Below, in pieces: positions 8,474-19,438 of a stretch of DNA of 64,000 nucleotides (position 1 is the first letter of the stretch; each line of letters opens with the position of its first letter). The notes beneath the pieces are model-generated. The model was not told the DNA's origin. It made no database searches and saw only the letters and a program-made list of their open reading frames with translations. The DNA is from Kiritimatiellia bacterium (lineage in GTDB: Bacteria > Verrucomicrobiota > Kiritimatiellia > RFP12 > UBA1067). The stretch is taken from assembly GCA_017447805.1 (NCBI GenBank), contig JAFSMR010000039.1, positions 33,865 to 97,864 of the forward strand, in the 5' to 3' direction. The translations under genes were made by a program, and so were the position numbers.

Positions 8474-10210
8474 ATGAGCACATTCAAATTATCAGATCCA
8501 TTCGGAACGGCGCCAACCGAGCCGCCGTTCAGCCAAAGCGTCTCTACTGGCGTAGCTTGGCACAACCTGCCTGTCACGCGCGATTATACACTCGGGCAAC
8601 TACTTGATCAGACAATCGCACGCTGCGGCGAAAATGATGCCGTAGTCTATGCCGATAGGGATTTTCGCCTTACATGGTTCGAATTTGGCGAAGAGGTAGA
8701 TCTAGTCGCAAAAGGCCTGATGGCGCTCGGCGTAAAGCGCGGCGAAAAAGTGGCCCTCTGGGCGACAAATGTTCCGCACTGGGTCGTTTTGATGTTCGCG
8801 ACTGCGAAAATCGGCGCGATTCTTCTGCCGCTCAATATCAACTATAAATCCGCAGAAATCGATTTTGCCCTTAAACAATCCGAGGCCGAGAACATATTCC
8901 TGATCAACGGCTATCGCGATTGCAATTATGTAAAAGTTCTGAACGACCTCATACCTGAGCTTTCAACGACAATGCGCGGCGAGCTCAAGTGCGCGAAATA
9001 TCCACACCTCAAGAGAGTCTTCTTCTTAGGCGGCGAGAAACATCGCGGAATTTATTCTCTAAACGAAGTAAAGTCGCTCGCTTGCGAAGTTACCGACCAA
9101 GAATATTTCGCGCGTCAAAAAGAATGCGATGTTCACGATGTCGTGAACATGCAATATACCTCTGGCACAACCGGCTTCCCGAAAGGTGTTCAGCTTACTC
9201 ACTATAATATTGCGAACGACGGCTTCTGGATTGGCGCTTGCCAAAATCTCTCGAGTCGCGATAGGGTCTGCATACCTGTTCCGCTATTCCACTGCTTTGG
9301 TTGCGTGCTGGGCGTAATGAGCTGCGTAAATCATGGCGCGACAATGGTCTTTCTCGAAAAATTCGACCCCGTGCAGGTAATGAGTTCCATCGAAAAAGAA
9401 AAATGCACTGCTACTTACGGCGTGCCGACGATGTATATTTCGATGCTCGATCACCCGCTATTCGAAAGATTCGATTTCAGAAGCTTGAGGACGGGTATAA
9501 TGTCGGGCTCGGCTTGCCCCGTGCACCGCATGCAACAAGCGCAGCGCAAGATGTTCATGCGCGAAATCACAAACCCGTACGGGCTTACGGAATCTGGGCC
9601 CGTTATGACGATGACTCGCTATTTCGAACCTTCCATCGAAAGAAAGTGCAATACAATCGGGCAGGCTCTTCCTGGCGTAGAAGTCGCGATTATCGACCCC
9701 GAGACAAATGAAATCGCGCCAATCGGCAAAGATGGCGAAATCTGCTGCCGCGGCTATGGCAATATGAAGGGCTATTACAATATGCCCGAGCAGACTGCGA
9801 AATGCATCGACCCCAATGGCTGGCTGCATTCCGGCGATATTGGGCGCATGGACGAGCAAGGTTACTACTATATTACAGGGCGCCTGAAAGATTTGATTAT
9901 CCGCGGCGGAGAAAACATCTCGCCGAAAGAAGTCGAAGATTTCCTCGGAACAATGCCCGGCGTAAAAGATGTTGCAGTTGTTGGTTGCGCATCAAAGAAA
10001 TATGGCGAGCAGCCGGCCGCCTTCATCATTCCATCGGATGGCGTTACGCTTACCGAAGAGGCTGTTCAGGAATTTTGCAAGGATAAGATTTCCTGGTTCA
10101 AGATTCCCAAGTACATTCACTTCCTCGATATATTCCCGATGACCGCTTCGCAGAAGATCCAGAAATACAAACTTCGCGAAATGGCCAAGGAACTTTGGCC
10201 GAATGCATAG
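8474..10210 (+). CDS. AMP-dependent acyl-CoA synthetase/ligase
   Basis: 578 aa with the AMP-binding signature YTSGTTGFPKGV and the GDIG...GRxKD motifs. Confidence 0.9.
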   Translation: MSTFKLSDPFGTAPTEPPFSQSVSTGVAWHNLPVTRDYTLGQLLDQTIARCGENDAVVYADRDFRLTWFEFGEEVDLVAKGLMALGVKRGEKVALWATNVPHWVVLMFATAKIGAILLPLNINYKSAEIDFALKQSEAENIFLINGYRDCNYVKVLNDLIPELSTTMRGELKCAKYPHLKRVFFLGGEKHRGIYSLNEVKSLACEVTDQEYFARQKECDVHDVVNMQYTSGTTGFPKGVQLTHYNIANDGFWIGACQNLSSRDRVCIPVPLFHCFGCVLGVMSCVNHGATMVFLEKFDPVQVMSSIEKEKCTATYGVPTMYISMLDHPLFERFDFRSLRTGIMSGSACPVHRMQQAQRKMFMREITNPYGLTESGPVMTMTRYFEPSIERKCNTIGQALPGVEVAIIDPETNEIAPIGKDGEICCRGYGNMKGYYNMPEQTAKCIDPNGWLHSGDIGRMDEQGYYYITGRLKDLIIRGGENISPKEVEDFLGTMPGVKDVAVVGCASKKYGEQPAAFIIPSDGVTLTEEAVQEFCKDKISWFKIPKYIHFLDIFPMTASQKIQKYKLREMAKELWPNA

Positions 10211-10637
10211 TCCTTTGCCAACGAAACGCGTGATAATTTCCCTCGGCTCCAATATAGAGCCGAGGCGCGTTTTTCTCGCAAAGGCTTTAGACGCGCTTTC
10301 GAATTTGCCGCAGACGGAATTCCTCGCCGCTAGCTCCATAATCGAAACAGAAGGGATTGACGTGCCGGAAGAATTCGCCGCAATGAAATTTTTCAATCAA
10401 GTCGCGGTGTTTTCCAGTTCCTTGGATCCATTCGAATTTTCGCGCCTCATGCACAAAATCGAAGATGAACTCGGGCGTATAAGGCTAGTAAGAAACGGGC
10501 CTCGCACAATCGATATCGACATTATAAAATTCGGCGACGAGCATATAGATACTCCAGAATTGATTGTTCCACATCCTCGCGCAGCCGCGCGAACTTTCGT
10601 CACTATTCCATTGAAAGAACTTGGAATCGAACTCTAG
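10203..10637 (+). CDS. folK: 2-amino-4-hydroxy-6-hydroxymethyldihydropteridine diphosphokinase
   Basis: 144 aa with SLGSNIEPR, GPRTIDIDII and VPHPR motifs. Confidence 0.85.
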   Translation: MHSPLPTKRVIISLGSNIEPRRVFLAKALDALSNLPQTEFLAASSIIETEGIDVPEEFAAMKFFNQVAVFSSSLDPFEFSRLMHKIEDELGRIRLVRNGPRTIDIDIIKFGDEHIDTPELIVPHPRAAARTFVTIPLKELGIEL

Positions 10638-10682
10638 CCGCGCGCTTAGGCGCATATTGTTCGATAATAGCCAGTAACACTA

Positions 10683-13082
10683 TTACGAAGGACGCGTCCG
10701 GCGGGTTGGAGTTGCCGAGAGCGGATCTTCGGGCCAATAGTGCTTTGGGTATCTGCCTCGCATATCTTTTCGCACTAGCTGATAGCCTTCGCGCCAAAAG
10801 CCTGCCAAATCTTTCGTAATCTGAATAGGACGATGCGCCGGGGATAAGAGGGTCATTACAATCGGAATTTTCCCTCCTGCGATTTTCGGGGTCTCGAGAA
10901 GACCAAAACATTCCTGAAGCCTAACTTCTACGGTTGGCTCTTCGCCATCATAAGAAACAAGCATTTTACTGCCCGTCGGCACTTCCATTCTTTGAGGCGC
11001 AAGGCGATCTAGTTCTCGCCGCGAGAAACCTCGCGAAGAAATGATATATTCCAAAACCTTAACCATGTCGACTTTTTCTAGCTCCCGCCATTTACCGATA
11101 TCATCGATAAATCCTTCAAGGGCAGCCAGTATATCATCATCGGTAACTTGCGGCCAACCGGCATTGCGAGAGAGAAATCTGATGCGGCTTAATAAATGCA
11201 ATGATTCCTTAGTCCATGAAGGAAGATTTTCGACGCCTTTGAATTTTATAGCCTCAAGCATTACTCGCTTCAACTCTTCTTTCGGCACTTCGCGCAATGG
11301 CGATTCATCTAGAGGCATTTGGCCGAGCGTGCGGCGTTTTATCGCTTTCACTCTCTCCCCTTCGCGATCCCATTCGCAAGCGAATGAAGATTTTATATTA
11401 TCAGAAAATAATTCTTCTATTTCTTCTTTTAGGATGGGAGAAGCGAGAAAAACTTTCGCATTGCCTGGTCTATCATCAACTTCGCAGCAGACGATAAATT
11501 CTTTGCGCGCAAGCTCATCTTCTCTATCTAGATATACTCCGCGCCCCGAGACCATGCGAAAACTTCCATTCCCTCTATTATGAGCGATTCTATCCGGGAA
11601 CGCGAGGGCGAGAAGCGCGCCTTCTGAATTCACGAAGGGAATACTGGAAGAATTTTGGCTTTTATAGCGATTGACTCCAGAAGAAAAGCGCCGCGCCAAT
11701 TCTAGTATTCTTTTCGAGTATGGCCGGTTTGGGGTTTCTCTTATTTCATCGACGATTTTACCGATGTAAGTTTCGCGGCTTTTGGAACCTTCTTCGATTA
11801 TTGCTGCAAGCAATGAAGCAAGTTCTATATTCCCTGCTCCTGTCAGCATATTAGCCAAGCGCGGATGGACTGCTTTTTTGGCCATCTCCTCGCCCTTCGG
11901 GGTAATAGCCCCTTCATCATCAAGCGCGCCAAGCGATTTTAAAATCCGAACTGCCTGATCCCATGCGCTGGCGGCAGGCGGGGTAAGCCACGGCAAATCC
12001 AGCCGCCGCCTCGCGCCCCAGACTACACTAGAAAGAACAAGCGAACAGAGATCGGCTTCGAGAATTTCCGGCATCATTTTTTTCGAGCGCGAAGCATTGG
12101 CGGATTCTTGCCAAAGCCGATAGCAGATGCCGGGGCCGAGACGTCCTGCACGCCCGCGGCGCTGCTCTGCGCGATCTAGGGTAAGCGGCAATGTAACAAG
12201 GCCAGACATGCCGGTTGCAGGAGAAAAACGATTTACTCTCATTAAACCGGAATCTATAACGCAAGTTATGCCGGGAATAGTTAGAGATGTTTCGGCGATG
12301 GAAGTAGAGAGGATTACTTTTCTCTTGTTTGAAGGCGCGAATATCCTATCTTGTTCTTCTTTGGGAAGCGCACCGTAAAGAGGAAGAATTAGAGCATCAA
12401 AATTTCTTGCGCCCTCGCATGCTCGCCTGATTTCACCTTCGCCCGGAAGAAAACAAAGAATATCGCCTTGCGTCTTTTCGAGAGCGCGGCCGATAGCCGC
12501 GATTATAGATACATCGCCGAGATATTCCGTCTCTACATTGAACATACGCCCTTGAGCCGAAACGAGACGGGCTTCTTCGCCTATATGCTTTATGATTTCT
12601 TCCGAATCCAAAGTTGCGGACATTATCATCAAACGCAAATCAGGCCTGAGCGCCCTTCTTGCTTCCAAAGCAAGCGCAAATGCAAGATCGCAAGCGAGTG
12701 AGCGCTCGTGAAATTCATCAAATATAACCAACCCTACATTTTCAAGCATAGGGTCGTTAATTAGGCGCTGGGCGAGCAGCCCTTCTGTAAGAATTTCCAG
12801 CTTTGTCGAACTTGAAATTTTCTTCTCGAGGCGAACCTGATAGCCGACTCGTTCACCGACTCTTTCGCCAAGATTGGATGAGATAAAAGACGCGCAATTT
12901 CTCGCGGCGAGTCTGCGCGGCTCGAGCATTATTATTTTCTTGTCCCCTAGCCAATCTTCATCGAGAAGTCGCGGGGCGACGCAAGTAGTTTTTCCGCTTC
13001 CTGGCGGAGCAGTCAACACTACGCTTTTATTCGCGGCGAGAAGGCGCTTTATTTCGCCAATTTTTTCCTCGACCGGGAACAC
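10683..13082 (-). CDS. hrpB: ATP-dependent RNA helicase HrpB
   Basis: 799 aa. DEAH-box helicase (GSGKTT, DEFHERS) with a long HrpB-type C-terminal region. Confidence 0.9.
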   Translation of the reverse strand: MFPVEEKIGEIKRLLAANKSVVLTAPPGSGKTTCVAPRLLDEDWLGDKKIIMLEPRRLAARNCASFISSNLGERVGERVGYQVRLEKKISSSTKLEILTEGLLAQRLINDPMLENVGLVIFDEFHERSLACDLAFALALEARRALRPDLRLMIMSATLDSEEIIKHIGEEARLVSAQGRMFNVETEYLGDVSIIAAIGRALEKTQGDILCFLPGEGEIRRACEGARNFDALILPLYGALPKEEQDRIFAPSNKRKVILSTSIAETSLTIPGITCVIDSGLMRVNRFSPATGMSGLVTLPLTLDRAEQRRGRAGRLGPGICYRLWQESANASRSKKMMPEILEADLCSLVLSSVVWGARRRLDLPWLTPPAASAWDQAVRILKSLGALDDEGAITPKGEEMAKKAVHPRLANMLTGAGNIELASLLAAIIEEGSKSRETYIGKIVDEIRETPNRPYSKRILELARRFSSGVNRYKSQNSSSIPFVNSEGALLALAFPDRIAHNRGNGSFRMVSGRGVYLDREDELARKEFIVCCEVDDRPGNAKVFLASPILKEEIEELFSDNIKSSFACEWDREGERVKAIKRRTLGQMPLDESPLREVPKEELKRVMLEAIKFKGVENLPSWTKESLHLLSRIRFLSRNAGWPQVTDDDILAALEGFIDDIGKWRELEKVDMVKVLEYIISSRGFSRRELDRLAPQRMEVPTGSKMLVSYDGEEPTVEVRLQECFGLLETPKIAGGKIPIVMTLLSPAHRPIQITKDLAGFWREGYQLVRKDMRGRYPKHYWPEDPLSATPTRRTRPS

Positions 13083-13085
13083 TTT

Positions 13086-14639
13086 CTATTCCGCCTTTGG
13101 TTGATTTAGGGGCGTCAAGACAGGGTCGGAATAGGCCGCCTCGGGATCTACAACGGCAAACGACACGAAACTCGGCGCACCCCACGAAGAAGTAGCACTC
13201 TTTGCAAAGACCGCGAGATCTACCCTGTTCGATGGCGTCATTAGAGTTTTATCGAGCGTGATTTTCGCTACATCCTTCTTAGGCTGCTCGATGTGCGCCG
13301 CACCTAAATCATCATGAACGATTTTAAAAGCATAAGCTTCACCACCCGTAGCTTTCACGAGAAACGAGCGCTCTGGTTTTTCTGCGCGCAATACAAACGC
13401 CCAAGCATTATTGCTTGCGTATGTAAGCTCGGGGAATGTGCCTTTATAAGAAAGCTTTTCCGGCGCTACGACAGGAATATTCGCGACAGGCGGAATATCT
13501 TCAATCTTCATTTCGCTCGCGATAGTCTTAACGCGCCCAAAATCCATGTCTTTAGCGCTGAAACATGTCGGGTGGGCTTTGGAAGTAAGGTAATCTTCAT
13601 CTGTTTCTACGCCTTTTATCGAACGACGCAATATCATCTGCATCGTAGGCGCGAGCAGCCCTTTTGCAACAAGCTGCTGCTTGATAGAAGGAGAAAACGA
13701 ACGACTAGCTTCAAGCGCTGCTTCGAGAAACGGCAAATCGCTCCAGCTGCGCCCTTCCGTCTGAATCCAATATGGCGTTACGGAAGCAAAAACATCGCCT
13801 TTGCCTTTTTCCGAAAAATCGAAATCATCTACTGCCGGAAACACCCAAACCTGATTCGATTTCCAAAAGCGCTCCATCGTCTTTATTTTGTAGCTCTGCG
13901 ATGTCATTAGCGCGCGAGGAAGGCTTCTCCAATAGACACCTTTCGTATATGCCCTGCTGCAGTTGCCGAAGACGGGATAGGGGAATAGGATATTAGGTTC
14001 GTTTAAATCCATTTTCTTCTCGCGTCCCTCGGCATCTAGCCGAACAATAGTAAGGCCAGGCCATTTCTTGAAATCGGGCAAAGAATGGGCGCCATCGCGA
14101 TTCATATACAAGTCGCCCGTGTTACCTTCGCTGGAAGCTTTCGCTAATGTCAAATTCGCTTTAAACGCGCCAGATTCGAAATCCCATACCAAATTCTGCT
14201 CGCCAAGAGTGACAATCTTGCCGAATACGCTCGTCGCCGGGGTAAACACCAGCGGACCCGAGAGAATTTGTTTGCCAGACATTTTGCGCGCATATTCAAC
14301 CAGCTCCTTGAAACGTCTATCATTGCCGAGACTCTTGAAATCATTATCGGCGGCTATCGTATCGGCATTGCGAAACCCGAGGTCAATCGCTTTTTCGAGT
14401 TCCGTAAAGGCGCCGGCAGGGTCTTTGTAATATGCAAGCGAGCAAGCGAGATTGTAGCGCCAAGTAGGGTCGTCGGGGAATATTTGAACAGCTTTGCGGC
14501 ATGTCTCTGTTCGAGTAACAGTATCGCCTTCTCGCAAGGCCTCGATAAACTGTGCTTTAAGCTTTTCATGCGCCATTTGTCTAGGCGGGTAATCCCACAC
14601 AGATAAAACGGCAAGCATTACGGAAAAGAATGCGCTCAT
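13086..14639 (-). CDS. Hypothetical exported protein with an N-terminal TPR-like region
   Basis: 517-aa ORF with a hydrophobic N-terminus, tightly packed in the operon. No recognisable catalytic motif. Confidence 0.6.
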   Translation of the reverse strand: MSAFFSVMLAVLSVWDYPPRQMAHEKLKAQFIEALREGDTVTRTETCRKAVQIFPDDPTWRYNLACSLAYYKDPAGAFTELEKAIDLGFRNADTIAADNDFKSLGNDRRFKELVEYARKMSGKQILSGPLVFTPATSVFGKIVTLGEQNLVWDFESGAFKANLTLAKASSEGNTGDLYMNRDGAHSLPDFKKWPGLTIVRLDAEGREKKMDLNEPNILFPYPVFGNCSRAYTKGVYWRSLPRALMTSQSYKIKTMERFWKSNQVWVFPAVDDFDFSEKGKGDVFASVTPYWIQTEGRSWSDLPFLEAALEASRSFSPSIKQQLVAKGLLAPTMQMILRRSIKGVETDEDYLTSKAHPTCFSAKDMDFGRVKTIASEMKIEDIPPVANIPVVAPEKLSYKGTFPELTYASNNAWAFVLRAEKPERSFLVKATGGEAYAFKIVHDDLGAAHIEQPKKDVAKITLDKTLMTPSNRVDLAVFAKSATSSWGAPSFVSFAVVDPEAAYSDPVLTPLNQPKAE

Positions 14640-16114
14640 TTGCCAATCCTCATCCAGCTCGGCAATTTAACCATTCTCGCTTCACGACTCTGGTTTGTCG
14701 CAAGCGATTTACTGGAACCAATCGAAGGCGATTCGAGAGAAGCAATTCTCGCCATCATTACCTGATGACTTGTTGCATTTTGTCTCTCTAGCTCCTCATT
14801 GCGCTGACGCTCGCTCATGAGGTCTTGCTCTCTCTTTTGAAGCTGCTCGCGCAAATTCTGCATTTCGCGCTGGAGTTCGGTCATATCCTTCATCTTCTCC
14901 GCCGCTCGTAGACGTTCGGCATCGCGAAGGCGCAATGTATCGGTTAGTTCGGCGATTTTACGCTGATCTTCTTTTTGACGGCGCTCGAACATTTGCTGCG
15001 CTTCTTCGAAATCACGCCTTATTTGCGCCGTGCGAGGATCTTCAGGCCGATTAATCAGCGCCTTACGGGTCATTTCCTCGATATTTGCGCCGGCTCTCTT
15101 GAGCAATTCGTGCCGTCTTTCTAGAAGACGCGAAGAGCGCTCTTGATGACGGCGGCGAAGCTCTTCTGCTTCCTTCTTTTCGAGCTCCAACTCTGCAGAA
15201 AGTTCTTCCGCTTCTTTCGTCATAATCGTGTAGACGGCGGCCTGGATACTCGCGACTTCACTCGCAGTCTGAGGCAAGCGGCGGATTTCATCTTCGAGCG
15301 CCTTGATTTGTTCACGAAGTTTATCTTCACGGCGACCTGCTTCTTTGCTGGCGGCTTCAGCTTGCTGACGAAAACGCGCTTCGCGCTCTTCATATTCTTT
15401 TGTTGCCGCATCTAAACGCGATTGCAAATCGCAAACATGCCGCTTCTCTTCTTCACTAAGAGTATCTAGCCTATTGCGAAGTTCGCTTGTATATCGCCTC
15501 TCTGCCTCCAAAAGCCCTTCCAGTTCCTTGATTCGCCTATCGTCTACAACTACCTTTTCGACTTCCTTCTCGACAATCTTTTCTACAGGGACCTCTTTTA
15601 CGACAAGCTTTTCAACTACTCTTTCAATTGGGACTTCCACTAATTTTTCGACGACCTTTTCAACGGGGACTTCGACAATCTTTTCTACTTCTACAGGAAC
15701 TTCAACCTTGATAATTTTTTCGACAATCTTAACTTTTTCTTCTTCCCCAGCTTCTTGAGGCTCAGAAATGACTGGTTCGGGAACTACGATGTTTTCTTTT
15801 ATCTGTTCTTGCGAATCGAATGGCGATCTTACTTCAACTAGCGTGGCGGTTTTTGGAAGACGTCCAGAGGCAAGAAGAGCTTCGGCCGCAGCTTTATTAA
15901 AAGGACCGCGAGGATTGCCATCGCCCAAATCGATCGAAAAGCGCATATCGAGAAACGGCACTTCTTCTACTCGCCGCCAGATTTCATTATCATTGGAAAT
16001 TTCTTGGCCAGGCTGAATGCGGCCTAGCTTGGCCCATTCCACGAGCTTTTCTTCTGTCTCGGGACCAAATGTTTCATCTTGTGTTCTAAGATACCACTTG
16101 TTTTCTTCGCTCAT
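14636..16114 (-). CDS. GYF_2-like domain protein with a VEK/EVPVEK repeat block and a long coiled coil
   Basis: 492 aa. N-terminal WYLRTQDETFGP...W module, repeats at residues about 128-190, then an E/R/K-rich heptad-like region. Confidence 0.7.
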   Translation of the reverse strand: MSEENKWYLRTQDETFGPETEEKLVEWAKLGRIQPGQEISNDNEIWRRVEEVPFLDMRFSIDLGDGNPRGPFNKAAAEALLASGRLPKTATLVEVRSPFDSQEQIKENIVVPEPVISEPQEAGEEEKVKIVEKIIKVEVPVEVEKIVEVPVEKVVEKLVEVPIERVVEKLVVKEVPVEKIVEKEVEKVVVDDRRIKELEGLLEAERRYTSELRNRLDTLSEEEKRHVCDLQSRLDAATKEYEEREARFRQQAEAASKEAGRREDKLREQIKALEDEIRRLPQTASEVASIQAAVYTIMTKEAEELSAELELEKKEAEELRRRHQERSSRLLERRHELLKRAGANIEEMTRKALINRPEDPRTAQIRRDFEEAQQMFERRQKEDQRKIAELTDTLRLRDAERLRAAEKMKDMTELQREMQNLREQLQKREQDLMSERQRNEELERQNATSHQVMMARIASLESPSIGSSKSLATNQSREARMVKLPSWMRIGK

Positions 16115-16117
16115 TGG

Positions 16118-16933
16118 TTAACTCCTGCCAAAAAATAATGAATGTTTACCGTGTTTTTTTGCGGCGAAAAGTTCTCGCCTGGCGGCAGCTTCCAACTCTG
16201 CCATTTTTGAGTGGTCTGCACCGCCAAACAAACCCGAAAAAATTCCGCGCTTCTTTTCTTTTGCAACTACCTTGGGCGTTTCTTGAAATTTCTTGCTCTC
16301 TGGTTTAGGTTCCTCTATCGAGGCAACAACAAACACTTCCTTTTCAACGATCTTCTCTACTGGAACCTCAATGCGTTTTTCTACAACCTTTTCGACAATC
16401 TTAGGAACTATTTTAACCACCGGCACTTCTACCCGTTTCTCGACAACTTTCTCTACTATCTTCTCTACGGGAACTTCTACCCGCTTCTCGACTACCTTCT
16501 CGACAATCTTTTCTACAGGAACCTCGACACGCTTCTCGACGACTTTCTCGACTATCTTCTCAACGGGAACTTCGACTCGCTTTTCGACTACTTTAGTCTT
16601 GGCAGCGCGAGTTTTCTTTTCTTCCGGCGGAAAAGAATCGAGAAGCGAATAGATTTTTGCGGATTTAGGAAGCGTTCCTTCTTCTCTAATTTTACGCACT
16701 ACGTTTTCATGAAAAGGGCCGAAGATTTTCCCTCGCTCCGATTCGACAACATAACGCATACCGAGTTGTGCTAACGAGGGTGCGCTTCGCCAACGGCGGC
16801 GATCGCGAGAAACATACCCGTCTGGCGTAATGCGCCCTTCTTGCGCCCAGCAGATAAGGTCGTCAATGCCGGCGGGACCAAAAATGTTCCCGTCGGCACT
16901 GCGAAAATACCACTCGCTGGCAGCTTGAGTCAC
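16118..16933 (-). CDS. GYF_2-like domain protein with perfect 16-aa tandem repeats (paralog of the downstream gene)
   Basis: 271 aa. Two WY..G...GP modules, then 3 perfect plus about 2 degenerate copies of [16 protein letters not shown]. Confidence 0.7.
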   Translation of the reverse strand: MTQAASEWYFRSADGNIFGPAGIDDLICWAQEGRITPDGYVSRDRRRWRSAPSLAQLGMRYVVESERGKIFGPFHENVVRKIREEGTLPKSAKIYSLLDSFPPEEKKTRAAKTKVVEKRVEVPVEKIVEKVVEKRVEVPVEKIVEKVVEKRVEVPVEKIVEKVVEKRVEVPVVKIVPKIVEKVVEKRIEVPVEKIVEKEVFVVASIEEPKPESKKFQETPKVVAKEKKRGIFSGLFGGADHSKMAELEAAARRELFAAKKHGKHSLFFGRS

Positions 16934-16934
16934 C

Positions 16935-19403
16935 TTAGAACTTTACACTTTCCACATGCCAAATATTCTTGGCATATTCTAGAATCGCGCGATCGGATGA
17001 GAATCTTCCGGATCTTGCGATGTTTACGAGTGACATCTTATTCCACTTCTTCTGATCGCGATACGTCTTATCAACACGTTCCTGCGCCGCGATATAACTT
17101 TCGAGGTCCGCAAGAAGCATGTAATAATCGTTGTAATCGAGGAGCGAACGAAGAATTGGATCGAAGAGGCCTGGGTCGAGAAGCGAAAATACATTCGCTT
17201 TAATCATATCGAGCGCCTCGCGGATTTGAGGATTCTTTCTGTAGTAATCTCTCGAAACATAAGTCGGGCGGCGCTTTGCTACATCTTCAGTTCGCATACC
17301 GAAGAGGAACATATTTTCATCGCCGACTTCCTGATTGATTTCCACATTCGCTCCATCGTAAGTTCCGAGCGTAAGCGCACCATTCATCATGAACTTCATG
17401 TTGCCCGTGCCAGAAGCTTCCATGCCAGCAAGCGAAATCTGCTCGGATACGTTCGATGCAGGAATAATCTTTTCAGCGAGCGAAACGCGATAATCCGGCA
17501 GGAACGCGACGGAAAGCTTTCCACGGGTCTTCGGATTCGAGTTCACTACGCCTGCAATGCCGTGAATAAGGCGAATAATAAGCTTGGCCATATAATAACC
17601 GGGCGCTGCCTTCGCCGCGAAGATGAAGCTGCGCGGTACAGGATCGAACTTCGGATCGTTCACCAGCTTATTGTAGAAGATTATGATATATAGCGCAAGC
17701 AGAAGCTGACGCTTGTATTCGTGAAGACGCTTTACCTGAACATCGAAGATCGCCTCAGGATCGAGCTGCACGCCAAGGTTGCGATTTACCCAATTCGAGA
17801 GCTGCTTCTTATTCGAATTCTTAATCTTCGCGAGCGCCGCGAGGAATTGCTTATCGGAAGAAAACTTCTCGAGCTTCTTGAGTTCATCGAGGTGGGTAAC
17901 CCATTTTTCGCCAATCGATTCGGTTATTAGCTGCGCAAGCGCCGGGTTCGCCTTAAGTAACCAACGGCGGGGTGTAATGCCGTTCGTTACATTGATGAAT
18001 TTTTCAGGCCAAAGTTCATAGAAATCTTTGAAGAGCGAATCCTTCAAAATCTGCGTATGAAGCTCGGCGACGCCGTTAACGCTTGATGCCGCAACGAGGC
18101 ACATGTTCGCCATGCGAACATATCTTTCGCCGCTTTCATCGATAAGCGACATCCTCTGCAGGCGCTTGATATCGCCAGGATACATAGCGGAAATGTTCTG
18201 GAGGAATCTGCCGTTGATTTCGTAAATAATCTGCAAGTGACGCGGCAGGATTCTTTCCATCATCGAAACAGGCCACTTTTCCAACGCTTCGGGAAGAATC
18301 GTGTGATTCGTGTAGCCTACCGATTTTGTCGTAATTTCCCAGGCCTTATCCCACTCCATTCCCTCATTATCGATGAGAATACGCATAAGCTCAGGAATTA
18401 CGAGCGCAGGGTGTGTTTCGTTGAGATGAATAAAGACCTTATCAGGAAGCGCATCCCAGCCTTCATTCGTCTCGCGATAACGCCTGAGGATATCCTTCAG
18501 CGAACACGCGACGAAGAAATACTGCTGGCGAAGGCGAAGTTCCTTGCCGGCCATCGTATTATCGTTCGGATATAGGACCTTCGTCAAGTTTTCAGCCAAA
18601 ACCTTGGTTTCCACAGCATCGACATACGAACCCTTGTTGAAGTCCGCGAGGTCGAATTCATCAACCGCCTTGGCGCTCCAAAGACGAAGTGAATTTACGG
18701 CGTTAGAATAGCCTACAATCGGAAGATCGTAAGGGAAGCCCTGAACTTGCTCGCTCGGAACCCAGCGCCACTGCTGATGACCCTTGATCGAAGCATATTC
18801 TACATGCCCGCCAAAACCAACGGTCTGAGCGTGTTCGGGTCTTTCGATTTCCCATGGATAGCCGTTTTTCAACCATGCATCCGGCTCTTCTACCTGGTTG
18901 CCGTCTACAATCTTCTGACGGAAAATACCGTAGTCGTAGCGAAGGCCATAGCCTGTTCCGGCGATATCGAGCGTAGACATGGAATCGAGGTAGCAAGCCG
19001 CCAAACGTCCTAAACCGCCATTGCCAAGACCCGCATCTGTTTCGCAATCTCTCAATGTATTCCAGTCGATTCCATATTCCTTCAACGCATCGCGGCAAAG
19101 CTGATCGGCCTTGAGATTGATTACGTTATTTCCGAGAAGTCTTCCCATCAAGAATTCAAGGCTTAAATAATAGACCCTCTTTACGTTCTGACGGCGGTAT
19201 TCTTGCTGAGTATTGATCCACCTTTCTACAATCCTATCGCGAACGGCATGTGCAAACGCGGTATATTGGTCGCGCTCGGTCATGCGGTCGTCGCCCTTTG
19301 CGATTGTGTATCTAAGATGCCAGTCGAAGTCTTCCTTAAGGCCTTGGACCGACATTTCTACGCGGTGGTCTTTCTTCTTTGTCGATGTTATCTTCTTTTC
19401 CAT
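16935..19403 (-). CDS. glgP: Glycogen/alpha-glucan phosphorylase
   Basis: 822 aa with the PLP-site signature [15 protein letters not shown]. Confidence 0.95.
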   Translation of the reverse strand: MEKKITSTKKKDHRVEMSVQGLKEDFDWHLRYTIAKGDDRMTERDQYTAFAHAVRDRIVERWINTQQEYRRQNVKRVYYLSLEFLMGRLLGNNVINLKADQLCRDALKEYGIDWNTLRDCETDAGLGNGGLGRLAACYLDSMSTLDIAGTGYGLRYDYGIFRQKIVDGNQVEEPDAWLKNGYPWEIERPEHAQTVGFGGHVEYASIKGHQQWRWVPSEQVQGFPYDLPIVGYSNAVNSLRLWSAKAVDEFDLADFNKGSYVDAVETKVLAENLTKVLYPNDNTMAGKELRLRQQYFFVACSLKDILRRYRETNEGWDALPDKVFIHLNETHPALVIPELMRILIDNEGMEWDKAWEITTKSVGYTNHTILPEALEKWPVSMMERILPRHLQIIYEINGRFLQNISAMYPGDIKRLQRMSLIDESGERYVRMANMCLVAASSVNGVAELHTQILKDSLFKDFYELWPEKFINVTNGITPRRWLLKANPALAQLITESIGEKWVTHLDELKKLEKFSSDKQFLAALAKIKNSNKKQLSNWVNRNLGVQLDPEAIFDVQVKRLHEYKRQLLLALYIIIFYNKLVNDPKFDPVPRSFIFAAKAAPGYYMAKLIIRLIHGIAGVVNSNPKTRGKLSVAFLPDYRVSLAEKIIPASNVSEQISLAGMEASGTGNMKFMMNGALTLGTYDGANVEINQEVGDENMFLFGMRTEDVAKRRPTYVSRDYYRKNPQIREALDMIKANVFSLLDPGLFDPILRSLLDYNDYYMLLADLESYIAAQERVDKTYRDQKKWNKMSLVNIARSGRFSSDRAILEYAKNIWHVESVKF

Positions 19404-19438
19404 AAAATTCCTATCTTTCCCAATTGCTGAACTTTAGC

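Noticed and set aside
15474-16652. Plus-strand ORFs 15474-15758 and 16293-16652 with [13 protein letters not shown] repeats
   Set aside because: These are mirror images of the minus-strand VEK/EVPVEK repeat genes, which have recognisable GYF_2-like domains and sit in a tight operon.
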